Shown here: positions 9,307 to 18,698 of the stretch, in pieces
How the letters are laid out: each line of letters opens with the position of its first letter
Numbering within the stretch: position 1 is the first letter of the stretch
Source: an uncultured Gammaproteobacteria bacterium
GTDB lineage: Bacteria > Patescibacteriota > Patescibacteriia > UBA10025 > JAHIVO01
Length of the DNA stretch: 56,911 bases
Direction of reading: 5' to 3'
Assembly (NCBI GenBank): GCA_964592105.1
Contig: CAZQBL010000008.1
Coordinates: 1-56,911, forward strand
The notes under the pieces: generated by a model
The model's input: the letters and a program-made list of their open reading frames with translations, nothing else
Told to the model about the DNA's origin: nothing
Databases searched by the model: none
Made by a program: the position numbers and the translations under genes

Positions 9307-9948
9307 ATGGCCTACGCTATTTTTAGAAAAACTTTCCTGCCATTGTTGAGAACTTTTTATCAGGAAGTTGAGGGCGAAAAAAACATTCCTCCTCAGGGTC
9401 CGTATATCATTGCCGTTAATCACGTTGGTTTTATTGATTATTTTTTTATAGTTACGGTTTTTTGCCGTTACACTTCCGGCCTCATTCATTTTATCGCCAA
9501 AGAGCTGAAATTTCGGGATGTATTTTTGCGGCGTTGGTGGGGCCAGATACCTGTCGACCCTAATGACAAGGAAAAATGTCTAAAAGAGGCCGAGCAATGT
9601 TTGCAGCGCGGAGAAGTTGTGGTTTTTTTTCCTGAAGGTCAGGCCAGTGGCAATGGACCGGAACTTTATAAAGGTAAAACGGGCGTAGCCAGACTGGCCT
9701 TGCGCACGAAAATCCCGGTGTTGCCAGTCAGTTTTTACGGACCCCAACGTTTGGGTAAATACTTTTTGTCGGTAAGAAATTTAATAAACCTTTTTTCCTT
9801 TTTCAAAAAAGTCAAAATGACCATTGGTCAGCCTCTGCGTTTCGTGGATTATTATAGCCGGGCCGAAGACAGAGATGCCCAAAAACAGGTGCTGGATATT
9901 ATTATGAATAAGATAGCCCTGTTGTCCGGAAAAAAATATAATTTTTGA
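9307..9948 (+). CDS. Lysophospholipid acyltransferase (PlsC family)
   Basis: NHVGFID (HX4D), FIAK, FPEG, GKTGVARLA. Confidence 0.9.
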   Translation: MAYAIFRKTFLPLLRTFYQEVEGEKNIPPQGPYIIAVNHVGFIDYFFIVTVFCRYTSGLIHFIAKELKFRDVFLRRWWGQIPVDPNDKEKCLKEAEQCLQRGEVVVFFPEGQASGNGPELYKGKTGVARLALRTKIPVLPVSFYGPQRLGKYFLSVRNLINLFSFFKKVKMTIGQPLRFVDYYSRAEDRDAQKQVLDIIMNKIALLSGKKYNF

Positions 9949-9952
9949 CAAG

Positions 9953-11089
9953 ATGCGTGTTGGAATAATTACACAATCTTATTATCCAATAGCCGGTGGC
10001 GTTACCGAGCATGTTTATTATCAGGCACGCCACTTACAGGAGATGGGTCACCAGCCTACAATTATTACTTCGCGTTTTCTGCGCACCAATAATTACAATC
10101 ATGATGGCGATCTGGACGTGGTCAGAATCGGCTGGAATGTTCCGATACCCGTTCCGTTTAACGGATCTTTTAATTGTGCCAACGTCGGATTTCAGATCGG
10201 TCGTAGACTACAGCAAATTTGCCGTAAAAAAAAGTTTGATCTTGTGCATATTCACTCGCCCTTGGATCCTATATTACCGCTTATGGCAGTGCATCACATT
10301 GAACTACCAAAAGTTGGTACTTTCCATTCATATTCGAATTCAGCTCTATTTTTTGATTTTGGTCGTAAACCCATTAATGAAATGGCTCAGCGTCTGGCTG
10401 GCCGTATAGCTGTCTCAGAAGCGGCTAAAGAGTTTCATTGTGGCTATTTTCCCGGTGATTACAGCATTATCCCAAATGGTGTGGATACCGGTAGGTTTTC
10501 CGAGAACGTCAAGCCGCTGGAAAGGTTTGACGATGATTTTTTTAATATTTTGTTTGTTGGTCGTATGGCTCCACGCAAGGGACTGAAGAATTTATTGCGA
10601 GCCTTGCCGCCGGTTTTAGCTAAATATCCGAAAACGAGATTGATTATTGTCGGCGACGGAATTTTGAGGGGATACTATCGGCTTTTTTATCCTTCCTGGA
10701 TTTCTGACCGGGTTTTTTTTGAAGGTTATATTCCGCGCAACCAGTTGGCCAGATATTATGCCTCGGCCGATTTGTATTGTTCCCCGGCTACCGGCGGGGA
10801 AAGTTTCGGCGTTGTCCTTTTGGAGGCCATGGCCTCGGGCTTGCCTATCGTCGCCTCGGCTATCAGGGGATACAGTGAAGTAGTGACCAACGAACAGGAG
10901 GCGCTTCTGGTGCCGCCGGGCGACCCGTTGGTTATCAGCCACGCCATTATTAGACTCATGGAGGATAAGAAGTTAAGGGATAAATTGTCGTATAACGGCT
11001 TGGTCAAAGCCAAGGGTTACAGTTGGAAGATAATTGTCCGGCGGCTCGTAGATTTTTATGGAGAAGTTTTAGAGAAAATAAAAAAATGA
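9953..11089 (+). CDS. Glycosyltransferase family 4 (PimA-like)
   Basis: GGVTEHV, IAVSEAA, IPNGVD, VGRMAPRKG, GESFGVVLLEAMASG. Confidence 0.9.
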   Translation: MRVGIITQSYYPIAGGVTEHVYYQARHLQEMGHQPTIITSRFLRTNNYNHDGDLDVVRIGWNVPIPVPFNGSFNCANVGFQIGRRLQQICRKKKFDLVHIHSPLDPILPLMAVHHIELPKVGTFHSYSNSALFFDFGRKPINEMAQRLAGRIAVSEAAKEFHCGYFPGDYSIIPNGVDTGRFSENVKPLERFDDDFFNILFVGRMAPRKGLKNLLRALPPVLAKYPKTRLIIVGDGILRGYYRLFYPSWISDRVFFEGYIPRNQLARYYASADLYCSPATGGESFGVVLLEAMASGLPIVASAIRGYSEVVTNEQEALLVPPGDPLVISHAIIRLMEDKKLRDKLSYNGLVKAKGYSWKIIVRRLVDFYGEVLEKIKK

Positions 11090-12138
11090 AGAAAATTATT
11101 TTTTTTATAGTTTCGACTATCATTGGGGCTGTTTTGTTCGTTGGGGTCATCCTTAAAGTAGGTCCGGTAGCCGTTTGGCAGTCGCTTAACTATTTTTCCA
11201 TTGGTAAGTGGTTTCTCGTGTTGTTGCTTTATGGTTGTCAGTTTGCGCTAACCCAGTATCGTTGGAAATTAATTTTGAAAAGTCAGGGCTATGACATTCC
11301 GGTCAGCAGATTGACCGGTGCGAAACTGGTCGGTTTTACTGTAGACTATCTTACCCCATCTCCGAATGTTGGCGGGGAAGCGTTTCGTGCTTATGTTTTG
11401 AAAAAAGACATTAATGTGCCGTTTTCGCAGGGCCTAGCCTCGATCGTAATCGATAAAATTATGGATTTCAGTTACGCTTTGCCCTTCGTGCTTTTTGGCA
11501 TTTCCTATGTTATGTTCAAATTTGATTTAACCTGGAAGATGGTTGTTGGTTTATTAACTGTGAGCATTATCTTTATTTTCTTGCTCGGCCTTTTTTTCTA
11601 CCGAACTTTTAGGAATAAGGATTTTTTTGGCGGTATAATACGTTTCTTGCGACTGCACCACTTATCTTTTTTTGCCAAGATAACTGATAAGATTGGACAG
11701 TTTGAACAAAACGTCATCAGGTTTTTTCGGAAAGACAGAAAATTGTTTGTTCAGGGGTTGATGATGTCGTTTGTCGGAGGGGTGATGGTAATTTTTGCTC
11801 AGTGGCTCATTTTGCAATTCATGGGGCTGGAGGCAAGCATTTTTGCTGTTTTGATTATTAGCACGTTGACGGTGATTACTTTTTTGGTGCCGATTCCCGG
11901 TTCGTTCGGCAGTACCGAAACCGGTGTGGCCTTGATATTCACCACGCTGGGATTTAGACCAGAGGAGGGAGTGGCCTATACCCTTATTTTTCGTTCATTG
12001 GATTTACTTAAGATTGCTTTTGGCCTGTTTTTCTTGTCCCATCTTGGTTTGAAAATAGGACAGACTATTATCAAGGGGCAAGGGATAAAAGACAACGACC
12101 ATGGCCATAGGGAGCGCCATAGTATCGACGGAGTCTAA
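11086..12138 (+). CDS. Lysylphosphatidylglycerol synthase TM / flippase-like protein (UPF0104)
   Basis: RW..IL, TP...GGE..RAY.L, P.PG..G..E, FR; ATGA overlap with the GT4 gene. Confidence 0.85.
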   Translation: MKKIIFFIVSTIIGAVLFVGVILKVGPVAVWQSLNYFSIGKWFLVLLLYGCQFALTQYRWKLILKSQGYDIPVSRLTGAKLVGFTVDYLTPSPNVGGEAFRAYVLKKDINVPFSQGLASIVIDKIMDFSYALPFVLFGISYVMFKFDLTWKMVVGLLTVSIIFIFLLGLFFYRTFRNKDFFGGIIRFLRLHHLSFFAKITDKIGQFEQNVIRFFRKDRKLFVQGLMMSFVGGVMVIFAQWLILQFMGLEASIFAVLIISTLTVITFLVPIPGSFGSTETGVALIFTTLGFRPEEGVAYTLIFRSLDLLKIAFGLFFLSHLGLKIGQTIIKGQGIKDNDHGHRERHSIDGV

Positions 12139-12246
12139 CTGCTCGCGCAGTCTTGTATGGTAGGCAATTTTATAATACACAGAGGTATTGAATTGGATAC
12201 TGTTTTTTAAATATAACAATCCATTCTTTGTGCCAAGAGTTTTTAA

Positions 12247-12545
12247 ATGATAAAAGCTAATATCGCGGCGGTAAAGGAGAAAATTATCCGACGACTTTCC
12301 TTTTTTCGCGCTATTGGATCGGCGGCTTATGGATCATTTCGACGAGGCGATTGAAAGAGATCAGTTTTTTTGGCCGTTAGCAAAAGCTGGCGGTGGTTTG
12401 GGGTGTTGGATTTTTTCAAAGACAGGATTTTTATGCTTCAGGAGATGTTGTATTTAGCGGCATTTGGAAGATGTGTTAAACACGATGGTTGTCTGGAGTC
12501 AACTGCATATTACCACGCCTCCCAATTAGCCAGAGTCATTCATCC
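12247..12545 (+). pseudogene. Decayed gene relic, possibly a nucleotidyltransferase domain
   Basis: MIKAN...AIGSAAYGSFRRG resembles the GS-x-x-x-G NTase motif, followed by stops and frameshifts. Confidence 0.3.
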
Positions 12546-12829
12546 CTCTCGGTGACGTCCAGTCCACATCATCGTTTCCTGATCAGGCGATGCTTGAACA
12601 GGTCCGAAGAAATTCTGTGAATATCTACAGGAGCCGAGTTCCATCAAACATTTGATCTTTTTGCAATTGCCTGATCTTTCACTTGATTTTCCTCCGCTAT
12701 AGAACGAGGGAGGTTTTTTTATGCATAAGTTATCCACAAGGTAAGTATTGATTATCCTTGGAGAATGATTTAGTATTACTTCAATAAGTATGAAAAGTAT
12801 GAAAAGTCATACATAGAAAGTGATATTCT

Positions 12830-13075
12830 ATGATTCAAAATTTGAATATCAAAATGTACGGAACGGGAACGATTGGTCAAAAGGGCCAAATTGTCGTGCC
12901 GGCCAAAGCCCGAAATGAACTTGGTATTAAAGCCAACGATGAGTTTATTTTTTTTGGGCATGAAAAAATGATCCATATGGTTAGGGCCAGTGAGCTTAAC
13001 ATCATTCTTGATAAGATGACCAAAGAGTTTACGAAACGACTAATGGTCTTAAGAAGAATAAAGAAGAAGATATGA
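12830..13075 (+). CDS. AbrB/MazE/SpoVT family DNA-binding protein
   Basis: TIGQKGQIVVPAKARNELGIKAND motif. Confidence 0.9.
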   Translation: MIQNLNIKMYGTGTIGQKGQIVVPAKARNELGIKANDEFIFFGHEKMIHMVRASELNIILDKMTKEFTKRLMVLRRIKKKI

Positions 13076-14061
13076 GAGTGTCTGAGAATATTATTGAAGT
13101 AAATAATTTAGTCAAGAAATTTGGAGAATTCAAGGCTGTCAACAATATTTCATTTTATGTAAAAAGAGGAGAAGTGTTCGGCTTTTTGGGTCCCAACGGC
13201 GCAGGTAAAACAACCACGATTAAAATATTGTCTACCTTGCTCAGACCGACCCAAGGTGAAGCCAAGATTGACGGACATTTGGTCATCAATGATCGTATTG
13301 CGGTCCGTCGATCAATCGGCCTGGTTTTTCAGGAATCAACGCTGGACGAAGAATTATCGGCCCTGGAAAATTTGCGTTTTCACGCCGAGTTTTATGGCGT
13401 GTCCAAGAAGGTTTATAAGCAGCGATCCGCCGAATTGCTGGAGCTGGTTGATTTGTCCGACCGGGCCAAGAAGAAGGTGCGCGATTTTTCTGGCGGCATG
13501 AAACGGCGTTTAGAGATTGTTCGAGGTATGTTGCACTATCCCAAGGTTTTGTTTTTGGACGAACCCACTCTTGGTTTGGATCCACAGACACGGACAACTA
13601 TCTGGCAGTATATTTTGAAAATTGCCAAACAACAGAAGATAACCTTGTTCATGACTACCCATTATTTGAATGAAGCGGAGTATTGCGATCGTATCGCAGT
13701 CATTGATCACGGGCAGATTGTCGCCCTAGATACCCCAGCCAAATTGAAAGAAGGAGTAGGAGGCGATATTATTACACTCACCTCAACCAATAATACCCAG
13801 GCCAAGGAATTTATTATGCGGAATTTTTCCAATGATGTGCGAGACGAAGAGGATAAATTGATCGTTATCGTTCGGGACGGTAAGCAGATAGTGCCGCGGC
13901 TCATCAAAGAGTGCCCGATTCAAATAACCAGCATCGAGTTGAAACAACCGTCATTGGATGACGTCTTTCTGAAACTGACTGGCTCGAAAATCCGCAACGA
14001 AGAAGCCAGTGATGCAGAAAAAACTAAAAGTTTTTTAAAAACGAGAGGATTTAGACGATGA
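13072..14061 (+). CDS. ABC-2 exporter ATP-binding subunit (DrrA-like)
   Basis: GPNGAGKTT, FSGGMKRR, LFLDEPT, TTHY. Confidence 0.95.
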   Translation: MRVSENIIEVNNLVKKFGEFKAVNNISFYVKRGEVFGFLGPNGAGKTTTIKILSTLLRPTQGEAKIDGHLVINDRIAVRRSIGLVFQESTLDEELSALENLRFHAEFYGVSKKVYKQRSAELLELVDLSDRAKKKVRDFSGGMKRRLEIVRGMLHYPKVLFLDEPTLGLDPQTRTTIWQYILKIAKQQKITLFMTTHYLNEAEYCDRIAVIDHGQIVALDTPAKLKEGVGGDIITLTSTNNTQAKEFIMRNFSNDVRDEEDKLIVIVRDGKQIVPRLIKECPIQITSIELKQPSLDDVFLKLTGSKIRNEEASDAEKTKSFLKTRGFRR

Positions 14062-14855
14062 AAAACAATCTTTCTTTGGAATTGCGTTCAGTCAGGAATA
14101 TTTTTTTTCGAGATATTTTAAGATTTTTCCGCGATACCGCGCGGGTGATCGGTTCGGTGGTACAACCGATTTTTTTCCTGGGTGTTTTTGGTATCGGTCT
14201 GAAATCAACCCTGAGCACGGGACAGGGCATTGGCTTTGATTTTGTTCAGTTTATGTTTCCGGGGATTATAGCTACAACCACTTTGGGTGTGGCTCTGAAC
14301 ACTTCCATTTCTATCGTAACTGATAGGGAATTCGGTTTCTTGAAAGAGATTCTGGTCGCGCCGGTTTCGCGAGTTTCCATTATCGCCGGAAAAATTTTGT
14401 CAGGTATAGTTATTGGGCTTTTTCAGGCTATTATGCTTATTGCTTTGTCACCAATATTTGGTTTGAAGATCGATTGGTTGCACATCCCCGGTCTATTATT
14501 CGTCGCTTTTTTACTGTCATTTGCCGTTACTTCTATGGGCTTATTCATTGCTTCTCGGATGCGCAACGCCGAAGGTTTTCAGTTTATTTTCCAGTTTTTA
14601 TTTTTCCCGATGATGTTTTTGTCCGGGGCGTTTTTCCCCCTGACCAACGTGCCGACCTGGATGAAGATCGTTTCAAACATCAATCCGCTGACTTACGCGG
14701 TTGATGGTTTGCGCAATGTGGTTTTTCATGATATTTCCGAGGCACTGCGCCAGACCATTATCATACATTCTTTATCCTTTGACGCCCTGATTATAGTTGG
14801 ATTTGGGCTGGTTATGTTCGGACTGGCGTTTTGGAGCTTTAACCGCGCCGAGTAA
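14058..14855 (+). CDS. ABC-2 exporter permease (DrrB-like)
   Basis: DREFGFLKEILVAP, FLSGAFFP, NPLTYAVDGLR; ATGA overlap. Confidence 0.93.
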   Translation: MKNNLSLELRSVRNIFFRDILRFFRDTARVIGSVVQPIFFLGVFGIGLKSTLSTGQGIGFDFVQFMFPGIIATTTLGVALNTSISIVTDREFGFLKEILVAPVSRVSIIAGKILSGIVIGLFQAIMLIALSPIFGLKIDWLHIPGLLFVAFLLSFAVTSMGLFIASRMRNAEGFQFIFQFLFFPMMFLSGAFFPLTNVPTWMKIVSNINPLTYAVDGLRNVVFHDISEALRQTIIIHSLSFDALIIVGFGLVMFGLAFWSFNRAE

Positions 14856-14925
14856 TAAAAAACCAAATAATTTAAGAAAGCCCCCTCCTTTAATGGAGAG
14901 TTTTTTGGTATACTGTAGTCAGTCA

Positions 14926-15090
14926 TTAGGCGTTAGTTTTTGGAAGTTAGTTAGAAAGGAGATTAGAAATTAAAGTTAGATTGTTTTCTGACTTTTACCT
15001 TCAAGTTTTATGATCTAATTTTTCATCCACAATGTCGGCGTTCGCGATGACGGGCGGCCAAAACCAATATCTAACTTTCATCTCCAAGCT
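14926..15090. repeat. Degenerate heptad inverted-repeat element (TTAGAAG/CTTCTAA type)
   Basis: 14926-14950 matches 19066-19090 at 22 of 25 positions; complementary CTAACTT-type units lie downstream. Confidence 0.55.
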
Positions 15091-15139
15091 TACTCCGCAA
15101 AGGGCGGATAAAGATAAGAAATAAGTTAAGAAAAATATT

Positions 15140-16270
15140 ATGGACATCCAACCCTTAAACCCGGAACAAACAAAGAAAATTCAAAAAGCCAAATTGATAT
15201 TGTGGCTGGGGTTGAGCGCCATAATGTTAATAGGAATGCTGATTGTTTTTTATTTTATGTTAGCCCAAAAGGCTGTGGCGCCGACGCTGAATGAAAATAC
15301 GAACACGGAATTAAACACCGCAATGAATTTCAACGGCAATATATCAATGAGCAATATTAATATTATGCAAAAAAGTGATTGGTCATAAAGTAAATTTGTT
15401 AATTTATTTGAATAATGGGAAGTTATTTGATTTTAATTTAACCACTCAAAAAAGTACCTTGATCGCAACGCCATCAGAAATAATTGATTTTGATATTTAT
15501 CAAAACGGTAATTATCTTGTGTATTCGATGACAGAAGGGGCTTTGAGAGCAGTCCCGATATTTTTTTCAATTGGAGACAGGGGTGATTACGCGGTTGACG
15601 GAGAAAAATAATATTGCTGCAATCAATCCAAAGATTTTTCCGAATAACAGTAAGGTGGCTTATGTACGACGTAGTTATGACACGAGTACGAAAAAAATAT
15701 CCGATGGGAAATATAGGTAATAAATGCCGACGGGATTGAGATAGTTTTAATAAACTTTTTGCCTTAGCCAAGTATCCGTTTACAGATGAATCATCTTTGG
15801 ACAAAACATTGGATAAAAATGGAAAATGGACAGGAGATTATTTGTTTATTCCCAATGAAGAGCTAGCGGCGTTAAAAATTGGCATTGATAAAATAAGTCT
15901 GGATGGTACAGCAATGGCTTATTGGATTTTCAGTTGAGCACCGGAATGCAGTAGATAATGGCCACAATCGATGTACAGAAGATTTTTAACTTACAACGCG
16001 ACTCTTCCGCCTATTACTGCGCAACTAATTTATTTAATAAAACCAAATTAGTGAGTGGAAAGTTTTTGATTCTTCAATTGATGGATAGGATGTATGTAAT
16101 CAGATCGCTTTAAATGATATCCAAGTTTTTGAAAACGAAGAGATAAGAATGCTATATAGGTTAAGTTATGGCTAATGGAATGATAGTAGCAATCCGCCAG
16201 GTGGTTTTTCAGGATATTTTTATGTGGTCTAGGATTTTTTGTTGGTCGGAAGGTCGCACCCAGCATTCTT
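15140..16270 (+). pseudogene. Fragmented membrane-anchored, TolB/beta-propeller-like gene
   Basis: TM and Asn-rich linker, then consecutive short fragments in shifting frames (FDIYQNGNYLVYS; PRFFPNNSKVAYVRR). Confidence 0.55.
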
Positions 16271-16488
16271 AACTACGTTTCGCCATTTCTGATTTTATCA
16301 AATAAAAATAATAAATATGCAAGTGTGGGTTTGCAATATGTCAACAAAAAATACTGTAGTGTATTAGCAGAACAATAAATACAAGATCCAATATATCAAA
16401 ATACTGATACAGGAAAAATACCAATCAATAATCAAGTAATGGTTTTAATATCGCCATTTAGCTAATATTATTGGGGGAATGTTTGATA

Positions 16489-16515
16489 TTAGCACTCTTG
16501 ACTGGAGAGTGCTAA
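16489..16515 (+). promoter_or_regulatory. CIRCE element (HrcA operator)
   Basis: Perfect TTAGCACTC-N9-GAGTGCTAA directly upstream of hrcA. Confidence 0.97.
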
Positions 16516-16527
16516 TTGCTTTATAAT
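16498..16527 (+). promoter_or_regulatory. Sigma70 promoter of the hrcA operon
   Basis: TTGACT inside the CIRCE spacer, 18 nt, then TATAAT, 8 nt before the ATG. Confidence 0.7.
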
Positions 16528-16535
16528 ACACTTGT

Positions 16536-17243
16536 ATGACCCTTAATGAACGAAAAAGTGCTTTACTTAGCGCAATAATTAAGGAACACATATCCACAGG
16601 CCAGACCGTAGCTTCAAAAACCCTTGTGGATAAACACGGATTTTCATTATCCCCAGCAACTATTCGTAATGAAATGAGTGATTTGGAGGAATTGGGCTAT
16701 ATTTACCAGCCGCATACCTCGGCCGGCAGAATCCCTACAGAAAAAGGTTGGAAGTTCTATATTGAGCATTTTCTCAAAAATGTGGAGTTGACCAAGCAGA
16801 AAAAAAACACTTTAGATGCTATTTTAAAAGAACATGACTTGTCATACGAAGGAATGGTAAAAAATGTTGCAAAGCAAATGGCCGAGCTGTCCAGAGAGAC
16901 GATCTTTGTTGGCTTTTCACCGGATGATTTTTATTACACAGGATTGTCCAATTTATTCGCGCATCAGGAATTCCAGAAAATCGACCTGATGTGCCACATG
17001 ACTGAAGTAGTGGACCATCTGGATGAGGTAATGAAAAAAATCTTTGATAATGTTTCAAATGATATAAAAATTATGGTCGGCAGTGAGAATCCGTTTGGCA
17101 GGGAGTGCGGTTCAATCATGATCAGTTATTCTTTTGGTGACAAGGGTAAAGGATTGCTGGGAATACTTGGACCGATGCGCATGGATTATGATAACAATGT
17201 TGCTTTAATAAAATATACCCAAGAGTTATTTAACAAAGTTTAA
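16536..17243 (+). CDS. hrcA: Heat-inducible transcription repressor HrcA (short form)
   Basis: SPATIRNEMSDLEELGYIYQPHTSAGRIPTEKG; GILGPMRMDY; CIRCE upstream. Confidence 0.95.
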   Translation: MTLNERKSALLSAIIKEHISTGQTVASKTLVDKHGFSLSPATIRNEMSDLEELGYIYQPHTSAGRIPTEKGWKFYIEHFLKNVELTKQKKNTLDAILKEHDLSYEGMVKNVAKQMAELSRETIFVGFSPDDFYYTGLSNLFAHQEFQKIDLMCHMTEVVDHLDEVMKKIFDNVSNDIKIMVGSENPFGRECGSIMISYSFGDKGKGLLGILGPMRMDYDNNVALIKYTQELFNKV

Positions 17244-17260
17244 AAATAGAATACGAAATT

Positions 17261-17791
17261 ATGTCAGAAGAAAAGAAGCAAAATGAGTTATCTTTCACCA
17301 AGGTCATGGACGACAATAAGATTAAAGACGGTAAGCTGCAACAAGAACTTGAGATAACAAAGAAAAAGCTGGATGAATATTTAAATGGGTGGAAACGGGC
17401 CAAAGCCGATTACATTAATCAGAAAAAAGAATTCGAGAAGCGTGAAAAAGAATTAATCCAATTTGCTAATGCCGGGCTTATCTTGGAAATGTTGCCTATT
17501 TACGATAATTTCAAACTGGCCTGGAAACACATCCCCGAAGAACACCGAAAAAATGATGAATGGCTCAAAGGAATTGAGCATATTAAAAATCAGTTTCAGG
17601 GATTATTGAAAAAATTAGGTATTGAAGAAATAAAAACCGTCGGTGAGAAATTTGATCCGGGATTGCATGAGGCAGTAAGCAAAGAAAAGGTAGAAGGGAA
17701 AGAACCTGGCACAATCATTGATGAAATAAAAGGCGGATACAAGCTGTATGATAAGGTATTGGAGCATGCCAAAGTTAAGGTGGCGGAATAA
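17261..17791 (+). CDS. grpE: Nucleotide exchange factor GrpE
   Basis: RAKADYIN, FDPGLHEAV, GY.L..KVL..AKVKV. Confidence 0.95.
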   Translation: MSEEKKQNELSFTKVMDDNKIKDGKLQQELEITKKKLDEYLNGWKRAKADYINQKKEFEKREKELIQFANAGLILEMLPIYDNFKLAWKHIPEEHRKNDEWLKGIEHIKNQFQGLLKKLGIEEIKTVGEKFDPGLHEAVSKEKVEGKEPGTIIDEIKGGYKLYDKVLEHAKVKVAE

Positions 17792-17813
17792 TTAATACTT
17801 TAAAAAATATATA

Positions 17814-17965
17814 CGTTGTCGTTTTGTGGCGTCGGTTTCGTTGCTCGCCCCGTAAAATGCAGAGCTTTATTACGGGGTCCATATCGGTGTCGTCTGTGGG
17901 TGTAGTTTGAAGAAGAGCTGCATCACGATACCGTCAGACGAAACTGGCCGCGCTAACGTCAACGT
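17814..17965 (+). ncRNA. Candidate structured RNA (three-way junction) upstream of hsp20
   Basis: ACGTTG/CAACGT, GTCGGTTTCGT/ACGAAACTGGC, CCCCGTAA/TTACGGGG, CGGTGTCGT/ACGATACCG, GGTGTAGTTT/GAGCTGCATC. Confidence 0.5.
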
Positions 17966-18034
17966 GAAGCGGCATAAAAAGTAAAGGTCGGATTTAATTA
18001 ACAACCAATTCAGAAAGGAGGTGTGCAATATACT

Positions 18035-18463
18035 ATGGCATTAATCAGATGGAGACCAATGTGGGAACCGATGGATGTGGATCGATTTTTTGAGGATATA
18101 CCGTCAATAGAAAAGATGATGAGTTTCACTCCGGCAGTGGATGTATACCAGGACAAGGACAATGTCATTGTCGAGGCGCCGTTGGCTGGCGTGGATCCGG
18201 AAAAAGTGAATATCTCGATAGAGAATGATGTCCTCAAAATCGAGGGAAAAACCGAGCACAAGAGCGAGGTGGATGAGCAGAATTACTACCGTAAAGAAGT
18301 TAGATACGGTAGCTTTTACCGCTCCATTGCACTACCGACTCATGTCCAGTCGGATAAGGCCAATGCTGTTTTTGAGAATGGGATGTTAAAAATCACCATT
18401 CCCAAGACGGAAGAGGTCAAGCCAAAGACAATCAAAGTACAAGTTAAAAAAGATAAGAAATAA
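18035..18463 (+). CDS. Hsp20/alpha-crystallin small heat-shock protein
   Basis: PAVDVYQ, E.RYGSFYRSI.LP, A.FENG.L.I.IPK; SD AAGGAGGTG. Confidence 0.95.
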   Translation: MALIRWRPMWEPMDVDRFFEDIPSIEKMMSFTPAVDVYQDKDNVIVEAPLAGVDPEKVNISIENDVLKIEGKTEHKSEVDEQNYYRKEVRYGSFYRSIALPTHVQSDKANAVFENGMLKITIPKTEEVKPKTIKVQVKKDKK

Positions 18464-18517
18464 TTCGGGTGTTACGGGTAGTGGTCTGATTCTAGAGCAG
18501 ACTCACTGCCACCCGAA
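18464..18517 (+). other. Stable stem-loop immediately after the hsp20 stop
   Basis: TTCGGGTG/CACCCGAA, GGTAGTG/CACTGCC, GTCTG/CAGAC. Confidence 0.55.
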
Positions 18518-18531
18518 GCTAGAGCACATTT

Positions 18532-18659
18532 AAATCCGAAGCACGCAGTCCGAAATTCGAAACAAATTTAATTTAAAAAAATATTTAAAAAGCTGGTTTG
18601 CAACATTGGAATTTTTAATTTAAATATTGTTTCGGATTTCGATATTAGAATTTGGATTT
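18532..18659. repeat. Degenerate heptad inverted-repeat element (AAATCCG/CGGATTT type)
   Basis: AAATCCG AAGCACG CAGTCCG AAATTCG AAACAA ... TTGTTTCGGATTTCG ATATTAG AATTTGG ATTT. Confidence 0.7.
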
Positions 18660-18698
18660 GTTCTCTGACTTTGGGTTATAATAACATAATTTAATTTT

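Noticed and set aside
12730-12738. DnaA box as a sign of oriC
   Set aside because: Only one intergenic copy; other matches (e.g. 16625, about 20020, about 24630) are scattered inside CDSs, and dnaA/dnaN are absent
12830-13075. AbrB/MazE gene as a toxin-antitoxin antitoxin
   Set aside because: No toxin gene is adjacent; it is coupled to an ABC exporter
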